A stretch of DNA of 64,000 nt from an uncultured delta proteobacterium (GTDB taxonomy: Bacteria > Desulfobacterota > RBG-13-43-22), in NCBI GenBank assembly GCA_963790475.1, contig CAWBOS010000013.1, positions 192,001 to 256,000 on the forward strand, given 5' to 3'. The notes under the pieces are model-generated. The model saw nothing but the letters and a program-made list of their open reading frames with translations, searched no databases and was not told the origin of the DNA. Positions 48,883 through 59,832 of this stretch are shown here, one piece after another (the stretch's first letter is position 1; each line of letters begins with the position of its first letter). The translations under genes and the position numbers were made by a program.

Positions 48883-50728
48883 TTATTCCCCCTTGTTCAC
48901 GGCTTGTTTAAACCGCTCTTCCTGGGCCTGATAATAGGCCCGGTTGGACGGGTTTTTGGCCAGCACCAGCCGGGCAATCCGGAGGGATATGTCCGGTCGA
49001 CCGTTGGCCATAAAGGCCTCGGCCAGGGTATCCAGAATCATAGGATCGGGATGTAAGGCCGCCGCCTTCTTAGCCAGGGCCAGGGCTTTGGCCGGCTGAA
49101 AAATCCCTGGATCTCTATTGGTGGCCAACAACCAGGCCAGGTTATTTAAGGCCAGATAATGGTTTGGCTCTTTCTGCAAAATCTTTTCGTAAGTCTCCTT
49201 GGCCTGCTGAAAACGTTTCCCTTCATGATAGATCATGGCCAGGGCCATCAAGGTTTTGGTATCTCCCGGATGGGAGCGAAGCTCCCTGTTCAACAGGGAT
49301 TCTAAAACTTGAGGATTCATGGTCGGACCGGTTGAAACCCAGATCCTTTCCTTAACCCCATAAACACTTAACCCGACCAGCAGGAAAAAAAACAGGCCCA
49401 CCGCCCAATAAATTTTTCTATCCTGCCGGCGGACCAGGTCGGGAAAACGGCCGGCCTTTTCCAGGAAGTTCACTCGCTGGGCGATACTGAAATGATGCCA
49501 GCTGGGAAGATCCCGACTTTGACCTGAAGAAAAACCGATTTTTTCCAAAGATCGGATCAAGGGCCCCGGAGACCCCAGGACCTTCAGGGCGTAAAGGTCG
49601 GCCTGTCGTTCAAAATTACGCATAAAAAATCCGAAGAGAAATCGAAAATAGAGGATCAATCCCAAGGCCATGGGCAGGACCATCAAGACGGAAGACAGAT
49701 CCTCCGAAAAGTGTCTCCAGGAATAGAGCAAATTAAGAAAAGCCGGATACTGAAAAAGACGGCTGGAAAGCCACTGCGATATAAAGACCGTCAGTAAGAC
49801 ATAGCCGACGAAAAACCCAAGATAAAAAATGAGATGCTTTTTCCTGATGTGGCCGATTTCATGGGCCACGACTCCCTTTAATTCCTCCGCTTCCAGTAGG
49901 TCCAGCAATGCCGGGGTGATCAGCAGATAGCGAAAACGCCTGATCAGACCCATGACCCCCGCGGTCAGCATGCTCCCTCCGAAAGCCGGCCAGAGAAACA
50001 TCTGTTGAAAGGGAGAACCCATCTCCAGGCAGAATTTCGAAAGCATTTCCTTCTGGGGTCCTTCCGGAATGGGCCGGCATTGCCACCAGGTTTTGATCAG
50101 AAAAGGGAAAAAGATCGACAGGACCGTTAAAAAAATCAGGACATAGGTCATTTCACCGATGGGTTGATTCAGAAAGGAACGCAGACCCGGAAGGGAAACC
50201 AATCCAATAAGGTCCGATATTAAGGTAATTAACAGCCAGGGGAATAATACCGGCAAATTAAACTGGAGTTGGGATCGAAGATAAGGTCCCCTGGCCTGAG
50301 AGGATCGGAAGATCGATTCCTGGGCTGGATAACCAAAAATCCAGATCAAAACCACATGGAGCAAATAAAGGGTGATGCCGATTAGCCCTTCCAGGGAAGA
50401 AAACCGGCCGGTACCCGGGATCAAGGACACCAGGGACTTGAAGTTCAGAAGATAAATTTCAGAAGCAAAAAAGATCAGGGCCAGGATCATCAGGTATTGG
50501 GTGGTCTGCTGAAATCCCCTCTGTAAGGAAAAAGAATCCCTGTCGGTTATGGAGGGATAAAAGATACAGCCGATGATATCGTCTCCAGGTTTCCAATCCA
50601 AAAACGGCCAGAAAAAGGAAAATAGTACCGGCATTCACCCAGAGATCGACCACCGTCAGTCTCGGACCCAGGGAGCGAGTATGATAAATCAACAGGGCTA
50701 AAATAAAAAAGATAATATTAGTGAACAT
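48883..50728 (-). pseudogene. M48-family metallopeptidase with TPR, single frameshift
   Basis: HEIGH, FERQAD and HFSIAQR. The N-terminal frame (MFTNII...) and the main frame join if one base is removed from the A5 run at 50529-50533. Confidence 0.8.
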
Positions 50729-50739
50729 AAGTAGCAGCA

Positions 50740-50819
50740 AGATTACAGATAATTGGAAAAGATGTCAAGAAAAGGTGCAGGAAAGAAATCTTGACAAATT
50801 GGCAACGACTGTTTATCTT
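50740..50819. promoter_or_regulatory. Divergent sigma70 promoters
   Basis: Minus strand TTGACA(50768)-N17-TAATCT; plus strand TTGACA(50791)-N17-TATCTT. Confidence 0.7.
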
Positions 50820-50863
50820 AATTCATCAAAAAGGTTAAAAAATTCGACACCCTATTAACGATC

Positions 50864-51103
50864 ATGATGAATCCAACTTATCGAGTACCGACACAAAAAA
50901 ACAAAAGGCCTTCCCAGTACGATCAATTTGAGGCTACCGAGCTTTATTGTCCAAGATGCCGCCAGTCCATGCCGGTCCGCAAAAGGCTTCTATTGGTTTT
51001 ACCGGAAGGGGACAAATACGAATATCTTTGTGCCGCCTGTCTGACCGCTGTGGGCGACAAGATCGAAAAAAACACCGAAGGCATTACCCTGGTTCGACCC
51101 TGA
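50864..51103 (+). CDS. Small zinc-ribbon protein
   Basis: LYCPRC...YLCAAC. Confidence 0.7.
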   Translation: MMNPTYRVPTQKNKRPSQYDQFEATELYCPRCRQSMPVRKRLLLVLPEGDKYEYLCAACLTAVGDKIEKNTEGITLVRP

Positions 51104-51174
51104 TAGGACTTTGGACTACTAGGCAATTGGGGTCCAGGAGTTTGATATCTGAGTCTTTTGTAATTCAAATCAAT

Positions 51175-51233
51175 AGTTCGGAGTTAGGAGTTCGGAGTAA
51201 CCGATTTTTACTCCGAACTCCTAACTCCGAACT
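51175..51233. repeat. Perfect 26-bp heptamer-based hairpin
   Basis: AGTTCGGAGTTAGGAGTTCGGAGTAA-N7-exact reverse complement. Confidence 0.9.
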
Positions 51234-51319
51234 TATCCGGCTCTTGACTAATGATTCATACTCCTTTTTGAATTCTTTTTCAGTCTGCGAAGCGCCCCCA
51301 GAGGTCATGGTTATTTTTT

Positions 51320-54319
51320 ATGACGGCCATCCGTCCTAAGTTGATTTCCATCCATAAGGCCCCACTTTTGGCGGCCTTTTTTATTCTTCTTGGCCTTTCT
51401 GCTTGTAATCCTTCCTGGGTAACCGACCCCCTTACCAAATATCTCAAGAAAAAAACCGGAATCGATATCAAGATGGAAAGAATTTCCGCCGGACTCCATC
51501 CTCTTCTGGTGGAAGCCAGGGGGATTCAACTGAATTATAAAAAAGACCCTTTCTCTTGTGAGGTGAAGATACCCGACCTGCGGGTTGCCCTTGACTGGAG
51601 CCTTTCCTGGGAGGGACTCCCCTGGCCCGAAATTCACCTTGAAAAAATCACCATCAACCGGCCTTCGGTCTCGATTCGAATGCCGAAACCCCGGAAAGAG
51701 GGCGATTGGACGGTCTGGCTGAAAAAAATTCCTGCCCTCAAGGAAATTGAAGTGAATGACCTGAAAGGCCGGCTGGAGGTCGGGAAAATGGATTTTAAAC
51801 TGGCCCCGGGGACCAGGGTCGTGGCCTCCTTCTTTCCCGACCAGGGAGGAAAGATCGAATATAAGATCAAAGAACTGCAAGGGGGGTGGACTTCAAAAGG
51901 CGTCAAATTTAAGACCGGCGCCCAAGGTTCCATTGAATTGTTCGACCTTCCCGATCGGCCCAAATGGAAAGGCTCCCTCAGCCTTTCCGCCGGCAGCCTC
52001 CTTTCCGGGGAAGGCAAGCTTGTTGAGGTTTCCGGAACCTTCGGTTTTCTTCATCAAGACCAGCTTCTGGAAATATCCGCCTCTCCGGCTCGGGTTCAGG
52101 AAGTCGGTTGGAGGAAAAAGAACATCTCCTTTGCCGGAAAGGGAAACCTGGCCTGCTCGGGGACCGTTCAGCTTAAAGGCGGCTCCCAAAAGGTCTGGGT
52201 AATATCCGGTATTCATTTGAAGCTTGATGATTTGGATTTTGATTTCCAACATGGAAATCAATTGATCAAAGGCCGGGCCGAGGGTCAAGCCCAACTCCAG
52301 GGCCCTTTATTAACCCCGGTTATCAAGGCCAGACTTTCAACCCGGCAAACGGAAATGGACCTGCCCCCGGTATTTACCAGGGAAATGGAAACAGAAATAG
52401 AGGTTCAAGGAAAACCCCCCGTTTTCTTCTTCCCTACGGTCCGGGGCAGGGCCGCCCAGACCGACTGGCATCTGGCCGCCGGCCCTCTTTCAGTTATCAA
52501 TCCGGAAACCCGCTTCTCTGCCAACATGAGAATGAACAGCCGGCAGATTTATTTAGAGGATATAGACCTGAAAACCGAGAATTGGGGTCCCTTATCCGGC
52601 AGTCTTTTGTTCGACCTGACCAAAGGGCCGGCGCCGCAGGGCAAGGTCCGATCCGAAAATTTTCCATTATTGACCTTCTTGAAACATTTTTTCCCAAAAG
52701 TCGTTCAACCGTTCCCCGAAGAGATTCCCTGCCAGGGAACCCTGGAGTGGTCGCGGGAAACGGCCGGTTCTCCCTTTGACTTTCTGGTTTCAATGGTCCC
52801 GAGGAACCCCTTTATCTTTCAAATTCCGGACACTGATTGGGAAGGAGAAGATCTGAAGGCCCGAATAGAGGCCGGGGGAAAATGGTTTTTTAAAGACAAA
52901 AAGGTTCAGGTGAATTTAAATACCTTTCTTTCAGAAGGAAGTCTTTCCCTGCCCCCGTGGATTTTCACCTTTGACGGAAATCCTCTGCTGGGCCGATTTG
53001 AAGGAACAGTCGAATGGAGAAAACCAAGCGGTTCCGTCATCGGATCTCTTGGGTTCCGGCACGATCCCCTGGGCGAGATAAAAGTTTCCGGGGAATGGCC
53101 TTTCGGCTCCTCCCCCCGGTCTTTTTCGAGTTTCATAGAAATAAAAGATCTCCCTCTTCAGAAGGGATTCCCTCTGTTGGTGGGAATGCCTTTCGCGGAG
53201 GATCATCCATTTTGGGAAAAGGTTTCCCTCCAAGGACTATTGAACGCCCGGCTTTCCATTTTAAAAAAAGAAGCCAGCTACGATTTAAGGGGACGGATTA
53301 TCGGGTCCGGTATTGATCTAAATACTCAAGATTCCGCCTTCTCTTTTCAAAAAGCAGACCTTGATCTCCCGTTTCATCTTTCTTCGCCGGACATCGATCC
53401 CGGGAAAAGTTTATTTTCCGAATCAGGATTCATTCAGGTTGAAAATTTGCATGGACCCCGAATGGACCTTAACAAACTTCACTTTTCTATCCTGGCCGGG
53501 ACCAACCAGTTTGAGATCCCGGATGAGATGGAGGTCCCTCTCTGGGGCGGGGAGGTAAAAGTAAATTCTTTTAAGCTTTCCAATCCCCTGAGAGATGTAA
53601 AGATGGACCTGGCCGTTTCCTTAAAGAATCTGGACCTGGTCCAAATGTTCCCAGGCCAAGGGATCGGCGGCACCATGCAAGGCGATCTGGGGCCCATCCG
53701 GATCGATAAAGAAAAAGCCCGGATCGGAGGGACGTTGAAGGCTGCCGTCTTTGAAGGCACAGTGGAAGGGAAAAATTGGGTCGTTAGGCAACCTTTCTCT
53801 CCGGAAAGGGGTTTCCAGGGTGAACTTTTTTTCAGCCATCTGAATTTGGAACCTATTACCCGGCGCTTTTCATTCGGAAAAATTACCGGCTTTGTTCAGG
53901 GCCGGGTAACGGATCTGGTGGTCCGCGATAACCTGCCGGAGCGATTTGATCTGCGGGTCAATACCCAGGAAATCCCCGGAGTCTCCAAGACCATCAATAT
54001 AAAAGCCATTGAAAATATCGGGATTTTTGGAACGGGTTGGGGAGAATTGGATGTCCTGCGCCAGGGGATCAATCGCTTTATCAGTGAATACACCTATCGG
54101 GAGATAGGCCTGTCCTGCACTTTGCAGGAAGACCTGTTCCATCTTAATGGGACGATTATCGAAGATGGAATAGAATATCTGGTGCGAAAACCGAATTGGT
54201 TCGGTATAGATATCATCAATAAAAATCCTGACAACGAAATTCTTTTTTCTGATATACTGGACCGCATTCGAAGCATAGGGAAAAAACCTCAAGGGGGGAC
54301 CGGAAGTGAAATTAAATAA
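51320..54319 (+). CDS. AsmA-like/YdbH-type repeating beta-groove protein
   Basis: N-terminal anchor; 999 aa beta-rich; C-terminal FSFGKITG...YREIGLSCTL..D.F.L.G; overlaps the DUF1318 gene. Confidence 0.75.
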   Translation: MTAIRPKLISIHKAPLLAAFFILLGLSACNPSWVTDPLTKYLKKKTGIDIKMERISAGLHPLLVEARGIQLNYKKDPFSCEVKIPDLRVALDWSLSWEGLPWPEIHLEKITINRPSVSIRMPKPRKEGDWTVWLKKIPALKEIEVNDLKGRLEVGKMDFKLAPGTRVVASFFPDQGGKIEYKIKELQGGWTSKGVKFKTGAQGSIELFDLPDRPKWKGSLSLSAGSLLSGEGKLVEVSGTFGFLHQDQLLEISASPARVQEVGWRKKNISFAGKGNLACSGTVQLKGGSQKVWVISGIHLKLDDLDFDFQHGNQLIKGRAEGQAQLQGPLLTPVIKARLSTRQTEMDLPPVFTREMETEIEVQGKPPVFFFPTVRGRAAQTDWHLAAGPLSVINPETRFSANMRMNSRQIYLEDIDLKTENWGPLSGSLLFDLTKGPAPQGKVRSENFPLLTFLKHFFPKVVQPFPEEIPCQGTLEWSRETAGSPFDFLVSMVPRNPFIFQIPDTDWEGEDLKARIEAGGKWFFKDKKVQVNLNTFLSEGSLSLPPWIFTFDGNPLLGRFEGTVEWRKPSGSVIGSLGFRHDPLGEIKVSGEWPFGSSPRSFSSFIEIKDLPLQKGFPLLVGMPFAEDHPFWEKVSLQGLLNARLSILKKEASYDLRGRIIGSGIDLNTQDSAFSFQKADLDLPFHLSSPDIDPGKSLFSESGFIQVENLHGPRMDLNKLHFSILAGTNQFEIPDEMEVPLWGGEVKVNSFKLSNPLRDVKMDLAVSLKNLDLVQMFPGQGIGGTMQGDLGPIRIDKEKARIGGTLKAAVFEGTVEGKNWVVRQPFSPERGFQGELFFSHLNLEPITRRFSFGKITGFVQGRVTDLVVRDNLPERFDLRVNTQEIPGVSKTINIKAIENIGIFGTGWGELDVLRQGINRFISEYTYREIGLSCTLQEDLFHLNGTIIEDGIEYLVRKPNWFGIDIINKNPDNEILFSDILDRIRSIGKKPQGGTGSEIK

Positions 54320-54896
54320 AGCTCGCCTGATTATCCCTTTATGGATCTTAAGTATTTTCATGGCCTGTGTGACGGTCAATGTCTATTTCCCGGCCAAGGA
54401 AGTGGAAAAAAAGGCCGGAGATATTGTCGACGATATTCGAAAAACAGAACCTTCTCCCCCGCCTCCCCCTTCCCGTCCTAAAAGTTCCATCGATCAGCTT
54501 TATGAATTTATGGTCTCTAACCGCCTGGCCTATGCCCAAAAAGGAGATGAGGTCTCCCCTCCTGCGATCCAGAGCCTAAAACAACGTATCAGAGATCGGT
54601 TTCCGCGACTGGTCCCCTTTTTCCTAAAAGGGGCCATTGGCGAAGGAAAAACGGGATTTGTTGAGATGCTCGAGAACAAAGGGGGGATGACTGCGGCAGA
54701 AAAAAACGATATGAAATCTTTGGTGGATGCCGAAAATCGGGACCGCCGGGCCTTATATCAGGAGGTGGCCAAGTCTATGAATATTTCTTCCGACCAGATC
54801 GGCAAAGTACAACGCATATTTGCCCAAAAATGGCAGCGTTCCGCGGAGCGTGGCTGGTGGATCCAGAAGGAAGACCTGCAGTGGATCCAAAAGTGA
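54306..54896 (+). CDS. YdbL/DUF1318 lipoprotein with a YnbE-like N-terminus
   Basis: Lipobox FMAC-VTVNVYFP; GAIGE, AENRDRRALY and GWWIQ. Confidence 0.85.
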   Translation: MKLNKARLIIPLWILSIFMACVTVNVYFPAKEVEKKAGDIVDDIRKTEPSPPPPPSRPKSSIDQLYEFMVSNRLAYAQKGDEVSPPAIQSLKQRIRDRFPRLVPFFLKGAIGEGKTGFVEMLENKGGMTAAEKNDMKSLVDAENRDRRALYQEVAKSMNISSDQIGKVQRIFAQKWQRSAERGWWIQKEDLQWIQK

Positions 54897-54980
54897 ACAG
54901 GGAAGAAGCAGGAGGTCAGGGACGCGAGGGAAGAGGCGATAGAGGAAGGGACCCTTTTAAGTAGGGCCCCTCCCCACTTT

Positions 54981-55313
54981 TCAGGCTTTTAAATCAAGGT
55001 CCTGAATGAGCGAGTGGGCAAAGGTTAAAAGATAGGTCTCCTGGGACGGGGTGGCATACTGAACGCAATCGCAGCGAAGCCGTTTTCGGCAGCGGACCAG
55101 AAACTCAAATTTTACAAAGTCCTGACCTGTTTCCACAGCGAGGTAATGGGGGCCGCAACTCTTATGTTCCTCTTGAATCGGCGAAAGCAGCCCATCCGGG
55201 ATTTCCAACCAAAATATTTCTTCCATGACGGAAGAAACGGCCTTTTCCTTTAAATAAACTTCAATTTCCTCCATTTTACGACGAGGAATTTCATCGACCA
55301 AAAATTGCCGCAT
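54981..55313 (-). CDS. Hypothetical protein
   Basis: MRQFLVDEI...QEEHKSCGPHY...RLRCDCVQYAT; family not recognised. Confidence 0.75.
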   Translation of the reverse strand: MRQFLVDEIPRRKMEEIEVYLKEKAVSSVMEEIFWLEIPDGLLSPIQEEHKSCGPHYLAVETGQDFVKFEFLVRCRKRLRCDCVQYATPSQETYLLTFAHSLIQDLDLKA

Positions 55314-55337
55314 CAGGATGAAGCCTTGCCCTTCTTC

Positions 55338-55373
55338 GAGGCCTCTGAAAAATGTACGTTTTTCAAAGGTCTC
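55338..55373. mobile_element. Collapsed MITE: two terminal repeats 2 nt apart
   Basis: GAGGCCTCTGAAAAATG-TA-CGTTTTTCAAAGGTCTC; same ends as 39326-39468. Confidence 0.75.
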
Positions 55374-55701
55374 TCTTTCTGGCCACGGAAAAAGCATCCC
55401 AGACCCCGTAAACCCAGACCCCGGTCAAAAGCAATATCAAAACAATCAATAGCCCGTTATCCTGGTGGGATAAAGTTTGAGCCGCTGAGGACAAAGGTTG
55501 GGAATTTTTTTCATAGGCCTCCGGGGGGAGAGACAAAAAAAACTTATTGAGGTCATAGAGGACCTTAAAAAAAAGGGCCAGGAACAACAACGATACGGCA
55601 GCTATCAATAACCCCGCTTTTCGGAACTGCCCGTTCACCACTTGACCCAACCCGGGCAGAATGAAAGCCGAAAGCAAAGGGGCCAGGATAATTTTTTTCA
55701 T
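55363..55701 (-). CDS. Membrane protein
   Basis: LSAFILPGLGQ...WVYGVWDA; about 3 TM segments. Confidence 0.75.
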   Translation of the reverse strand: MKKIILAPLLSAFILPGLGQVVNGQFRKAGLLIAAVSLLFLALFFKVLYDLNKFFLSLPPEAYEKNSQPLSSAAQTLSHQDNGLLIVLILLLTGVWVYGVWDAFSVARKRDL

Positions 55702-55736
55702 GACGGCATTATAAATTCAAAAGGCCCGAAAAGCAA
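55702..55736 (-). promoter_or_regulatory. Promoter predicting a leaderless mRNA
   Basis: TTGCTT-N17-TATAAT-N6-ATG; no Shine-Dalgarno sequence. Confidence 0.65.
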
Positions 55737-56061
55737 GAATCGATTCTTTTTGCCTTTCAGATATTGAACGGATTTTCAACCGGCCTCGGGTCAGGACCAA
55801 AAATCGGGGAATCCGGTACTAATGGCCGGGTAATTCCCCGGACCCGATTTTATAGTTCCGATGAAGAACAAAGCCGGAGGAATCAAGGCTGAAATCAACC
55901 CTAGCCCCAGATCCCTATTTTTTGCTTAGTTCAACTCCCAATATCACCTATAACCTCTAACTCGATTCTATATTCTAAAACATCAATTTCCAAAATGGTT
56001 GGTATTCTACCTGAAACAGATCTTCTCTGCAATCGGTCTTGCGCTTCTTATGCTTCATTCC

Positions 56062-56090
56062 TTGACAGTGACTTTAAAGCCTTTTAATAT
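56062..56090 (+). promoter_or_regulatory. Sigma70 promoter
   Basis: TTGACA-N17-TAATAT. Confidence 0.65.
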
Positions 56091-56126
56091 GGTTTTTAAA
56101 AGAATAAAAATAATTAAAAGGCACCT

Positions 56127-56468
56127 ATGGGGACTTTACGTCAATCCATTATTTTTGTCTTAAAAGAGCAAACAGTCACGGCTAAAGAGATCTCCCAGGC
56201 CGTCGGTATCCGGGAAAAAGAGGTCTATGAGCACCTGGCCCATATTGCTCAATCCCGTTCTTTGGGTGGAAAATTCACGCTTATCCCTTCGACCTGCAAA
56301 GACTGTGGGTTTATCTTTCGCAAAAGGGACCGGCTCACGCCGCCGGGAAGATGTTTTTTGTGCCGAAGTGAAGCCATCACCCCACCCCGGTTCTTGATCC
56401 GAACCGGTCCTTCAAAAACCGCCCGGGCCGACGAATCAGAAGAAGAAACAGAACCGGAATACCTCTAA
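56127..56468 (+). CDS. HTH plus zinc-ribbon transcriptional regulator
   Basis: EKEVYEHLAHI, CKDCGFIF and CFLCRS. Confidence 0.8.
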   Translation: MGTLRQSIIFVLKEQTVTAKEISQAVGIREKEVYEHLAHIAQSRSLGGKFTLIPSTCKDCGFIFRKRDRLTPPGRCFLCRSEAITPPRFLIRTGPSKTARADESEEETEPEYL

Positions 56469-56551
56469 CTTAATATTTTGGTTGAGAATTTAGTAACAAT
56501 TTGTCATTATCCTATTGATCGAGACCGAAATTCTCATGAGGAGTATTGAAC

Positions 56552-58246
56552 ATGTCCCAAACCGGTTTTACCTCACCCTCCCATTTTATCAAAGAAATTA
56601 TCCTGGAAGATTTGAACACTGGAAAAAATGAAGGCCGGGTTCACACCCGTTTCCCGCCCGAGCCCAACGGATATCTCCATATCGGCCACGCCAAATCCAT
56701 CTGTCTCAACTTCGGACTGGCGGCCGAATTCCAGGGCCTTTGCAACCTTCGTTTTGACGATACCAACCCCACCAAAGAAGAGGTGGAATATGTCGAATCC
56801 ATAAAGGAGGATGTGCACTGGCTGGGGTTTGATTGGGAAGACCGCCTGTTTTATGCCTCAGACTATTTTGAACAAATATATGACTGCGCCGTCCTATTGA
56901 TCAAAAAAGGCCGGGCCTATGTCTGTGATTTAACCGCTGAGGAAATCCGTGCCTATAGAGGCACCCTGACCGAACCGGGCCGGGACAGCCCTTATCGCAC
57001 CCGCTCCCTGGAAGACAACCTGAATCTCTTCGCGCGTATGCGGGCGGGAGAGTTTGAGGACGGCTCCAGGACCTTACGGGCCAAAATCGATATGGCCTCG
57101 CCTAACCTGAATATGCGCGACCCGGTGATGTACCGTATCCTCCATGCCGACCACCACCGGACCAAAGACCAGTGGTGTATCTATCCCATGTATGATTTCA
57201 CCCACGGCCTTTGCGATTCCATAGAAAGGATCACCCATTCCATCTGCACCCTCGAATTTGAAGACCACCGGCCCCTTTACGACTGGTTTCTGGAAGAAGC
57301 CGCGGTCTATCATCCCCAGCAGATCGAGTTCGCCCGGCTGAACCTGACCTACACGGTGATGAGTAAACGAAAACTTTTGAGACTGGTCCGGGATGGCTAT
57401 GTGAGCGGATGGGATGACCCGAGAATGCCGACGATTTCCGGTTTACGCCGGCGGGGTTACACCCCTGAGTCTATCCGAACTTTTTGCGACCGGATCGGGG
57501 TCTCCAAAAGCAACAGTGTAGTGGATATCGCCCTGTTGGAGCATTGCCTGAGAGACGATTTGAATAAAAGGGCTCGGCGGGTCATGGCCGTGTTGAATCC
57601 CCTGAAGGTGATCATAGACAATTATAAGGATGATCAGGTGGAGGAACTGGAGGCGATCAATAATCCGGAAGATCCGGGCATGGGAACGCGTAAAGTCCCT
57701 TTTTCCAAAGTCCTTTATATCGAGCAGGATGATTTCCGGGAAAATCCCCCCAAAAAGTTCTTTCGGCTGGCACCGGGCCGGGAGGTCCGGTTGAGGTACG
57801 GCTATTTTATCACCTGTGTGGATGTCGTTAAAGATGAACAGACCGGGGAAGTCCTTGAGCTGCACTGTACTTATGACCCCCGCACCCGAGGGGGGGATTC
57901 CCCCGATGGCCGCAAGGTCAAGGCCACTTTGCACTGGGTTTCGGCAGCCCAGGCGGTTGAGGCCGAGGTTCGGTTATACGAGCACTTATTTTTGAAACCC
58001 GATCCTGAAGATGTCGAAGAGGGAGATTTCACCAAGACACTGAATCCCGACTCTCTGACGATTATGACGGCCTGCAAACTGGAACCCGGTCTGGCCGATG
58101 CTCAACCCGGGATGCTCTTTCAATTTGAAAGGCAGGGTTATTTCTGTCTGGATCCCGTGGATTCGAGCAGAGGAAAACGCATCTTCAACCGTACCGTGGC
58201 CTTAAAGGACTCCTGGGCCAAAATTGAGAAAGGAAAAACCAAATGA
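56552..58246 (+). CDS. glnS: Glutamine--tRNA ligase
   Basis: [25 protein letters not shown] and FQFERQGYF. Confidence 0.97.
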   Translation: MSQTGFTSPSHFIKEIILEDLNTGKNEGRVHTRFPPEPNGYLHIGHAKSICLNFGLAAEFQGLCNLRFDDTNPTKEEVEYVESIKEDVHWLGFDWEDRLFYASDYFEQIYDCAVLLIKKGRAYVCDLTAEEIRAYRGTLTEPGRDSPYRTRSLEDNLNLFARMRAGEFEDGSRTLRAKIDMASPNLNMRDPVMYRILHADHHRTKDQWCIYPMYDFTHGLCDSIERITHSICTLEFEDHRPLYDWFLEEAAVYHPQQIEFARLNLTYTVMSKRKLLRLVRDGYVSGWDDPRMPTISGLRRRGYTPESIRTFCDRIGVSKSNSVVDIALLEHCLRDDLNKRARRVMAVLNPLKVIIDNYKDDQVEELEAINNPEDPGMGTRKVPFSKVLYIEQDDFRENPPKKFFRLAPGREVRLRYGYFITCVDVVKDEQTGEVLELHCTYDPRTRGGDSPDGRKVKATLHWVSAAQAVEAEVRLYEHLFLKPDPEDVEEGDFTKTLNPDSLTIMTACKLEPGLADAQPGMLFQFERQGYFCLDPVDSSRGKRIFNRTVALKDSWAKIEKGKTK

Positions 58247-59154
58247 GCTTTGATGAACAGGTAACCCATGGTTATGCTGAAAATGGTGAAGTGAAGATCC
58301 ATTACGCCAGCCTTGGAAAAGGCCCTTTGCTGATCATGATCCACGGATTTCCCGATTACTGGTACACCTGGCGGCATCAGATGGAGGTCTTGTCTGAAGA
58401 TTATCAATGCGTGGCTATTGATAACCGGGGTTACAATCTGAGTGACAAGCCCCAGGGTGTGGACAATTATTCCATGCACTTGCTAATCGGCGACGTGGCT
58501 GCCGTCATCAAGCACTTCGGAAAGGAAAAGGCCGTTATCATCGGTCACGATTGGGGAGGAGCCATATCCTGGGCACTGGCCATGTTGAGACCCGAATTGC
58601 TGGAGAGGCTTATTATCCTCAATGTGGCCCATCCTTCAGCCCTGAGGAGGGAGATCATCAACAATCCGTCTCAGAGCAGGAGCAGTCAATATGCCAGGGA
58701 TTTTCAGGAGCCTGACGCTCACCGGAAATTGGCCAAAATCTTTCAGGACAATAACCTGTTGATGGAATACCATCCCGAAGGAGGATCTCTCGCCCGGATG
58801 AGTGATGCCGAACTCCTTTCCCTGTGGGTCAAGGATCCGCAGGCCAGAAAAAAATACATCGAAGCCTTTGAAAAATCGGATATTGAGGCCATGCTTAATT
58901 ATTATAAGCGGAACTATCCGAAAAAAGACTCCCTGGAGGGTAAAGAGATTCGACCGCTCCCCAAGATTAAGGTGCCGGTCCTGATCATTTTCGGACTCAA
59001 GGATATGGCCATCCTGCCCTCCGCTTTGAATAACACCTGGGAATATTGTGAGCAGGACATGACCCTGGTCACGATTCCCGATTCAGGCCATTTCGTCCAG
59101 CAGGACGCTGCCGATCTGGTGACACGAACCATAAAAATGTGGCTGGGGCGTTAA
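58243..59154 (+). CDS. Alpha/beta hydrolase, epoxide hydrolase-like
   Basis: HGFPD, GHDWGG and GHFVQ. Confidence 0.9.
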   Translation: MSFDEQVTHGYAENGEVKIHYASLGKGPLLIMIHGFPDYWYTWRHQMEVLSEDYQCVAIDNRGYNLSDKPQGVDNYSMHLLIGDVAAVIKHFGKEKAVIIGHDWGGAISWALAMLRPELLERLIILNVAHPSALRREIINNPSQSRSSQYARDFQEPDAHRKLAKIFQDNNLLMEYHPEGGSLARMSDAELLSLWVKDPQARKKYIEAFEKSDIEAMLNYYKRNYPKKDSLEGKEIRPLPKIKVPVLIIFGLKDMAILPSALNNTWEYCEQDMTLVTIPDSGHFVQQDAADLVTRTIKMWLGR

Positions 59155-59233
59155 GCGTTTGGCCTATCCGGCCGGAAAGGTACCCTTCCGGCCGGATATT
59201 GTTAGAGGACAAGGGGGCAAAAGGAGGAGAAAG

Positions 59234-59431
59234 ATGAATAAAAGAAAGCTGCTCTGTGTGGACTGCTATGACGTGCTGGAAAGGAAGGTCCTGAAAGACT
59301 TGCCTGTTTTTTATTGTAACAATATGAAATGCAGGAGGTTTGGCGTATTAACCCTTGGGGGTCTTTTCGGAGAAAAATGCGAGAAATGCTTAATCATAGA
59401 AGACGAAGAAAATAGAGGGAGAGAGGGATAG
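59234..59431 (+). CDS. 65-aa Cys-rich protein
   Basis: Strong RBS AGGAGG; CVDC, CNNMKC and CEKC. Confidence 0.55.
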   Translation: MNKRKLLCVDCYDVLERKVLKDLPVFYCNNMKCRRFGVLTLGGLFGEKCEKCLIIEDEENRGREG

Positions 59432-59704
59432 ATTTATCAAGGAATAAAAATAAGAGTTTCTCCCTTTGTACTCTTCAAAATTCCATTTTTGAAAAAAGAC
59501 AATAGTACAAACGGTAATCAACGAAAAGGAACTTGAAATTTATTGACTTTTTATCAATTTAAGGATAAGTAAAAACTTGTAAATTAAAGAAATTTTTCTT
59601 TTGGCAACCTTTAATCAAGGAATGTCGATGAAAGAAGAGTGAACCTCGCTTTTCAAAAGAATAGCGGGGTTTTTTGTTTTAAAGAGAACGGGAGGGTTAT
59701 TCCT

Positions 59705-59832
59705 ATGAAATGCCCGAAATGCCAGACTGAAAATCCGAAGACAAGGAAGTTCTGTAAGGAATGTGGGGCAAAACTCATATTGGTCTGCCCCAATTGTCAT
59801 TTTGAAAACCTTCCTTGGGATAAATTCTGTAG
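59705..59832 (+). pseudogene. Double zinc-ribbon N-terminal remnant (adenylate cyclase type)
   Basis: MKCPKCQTEN...FCKECG...CPNC...FC; RBS GGAGG. Confidence 0.75.

Noticed and set aside
55740-55920. Minus-strand frame with two nearby TGAs (55793 and 55778)
   Set aside because: No convincing start, no recognisable fold, and it runs into a promoter region
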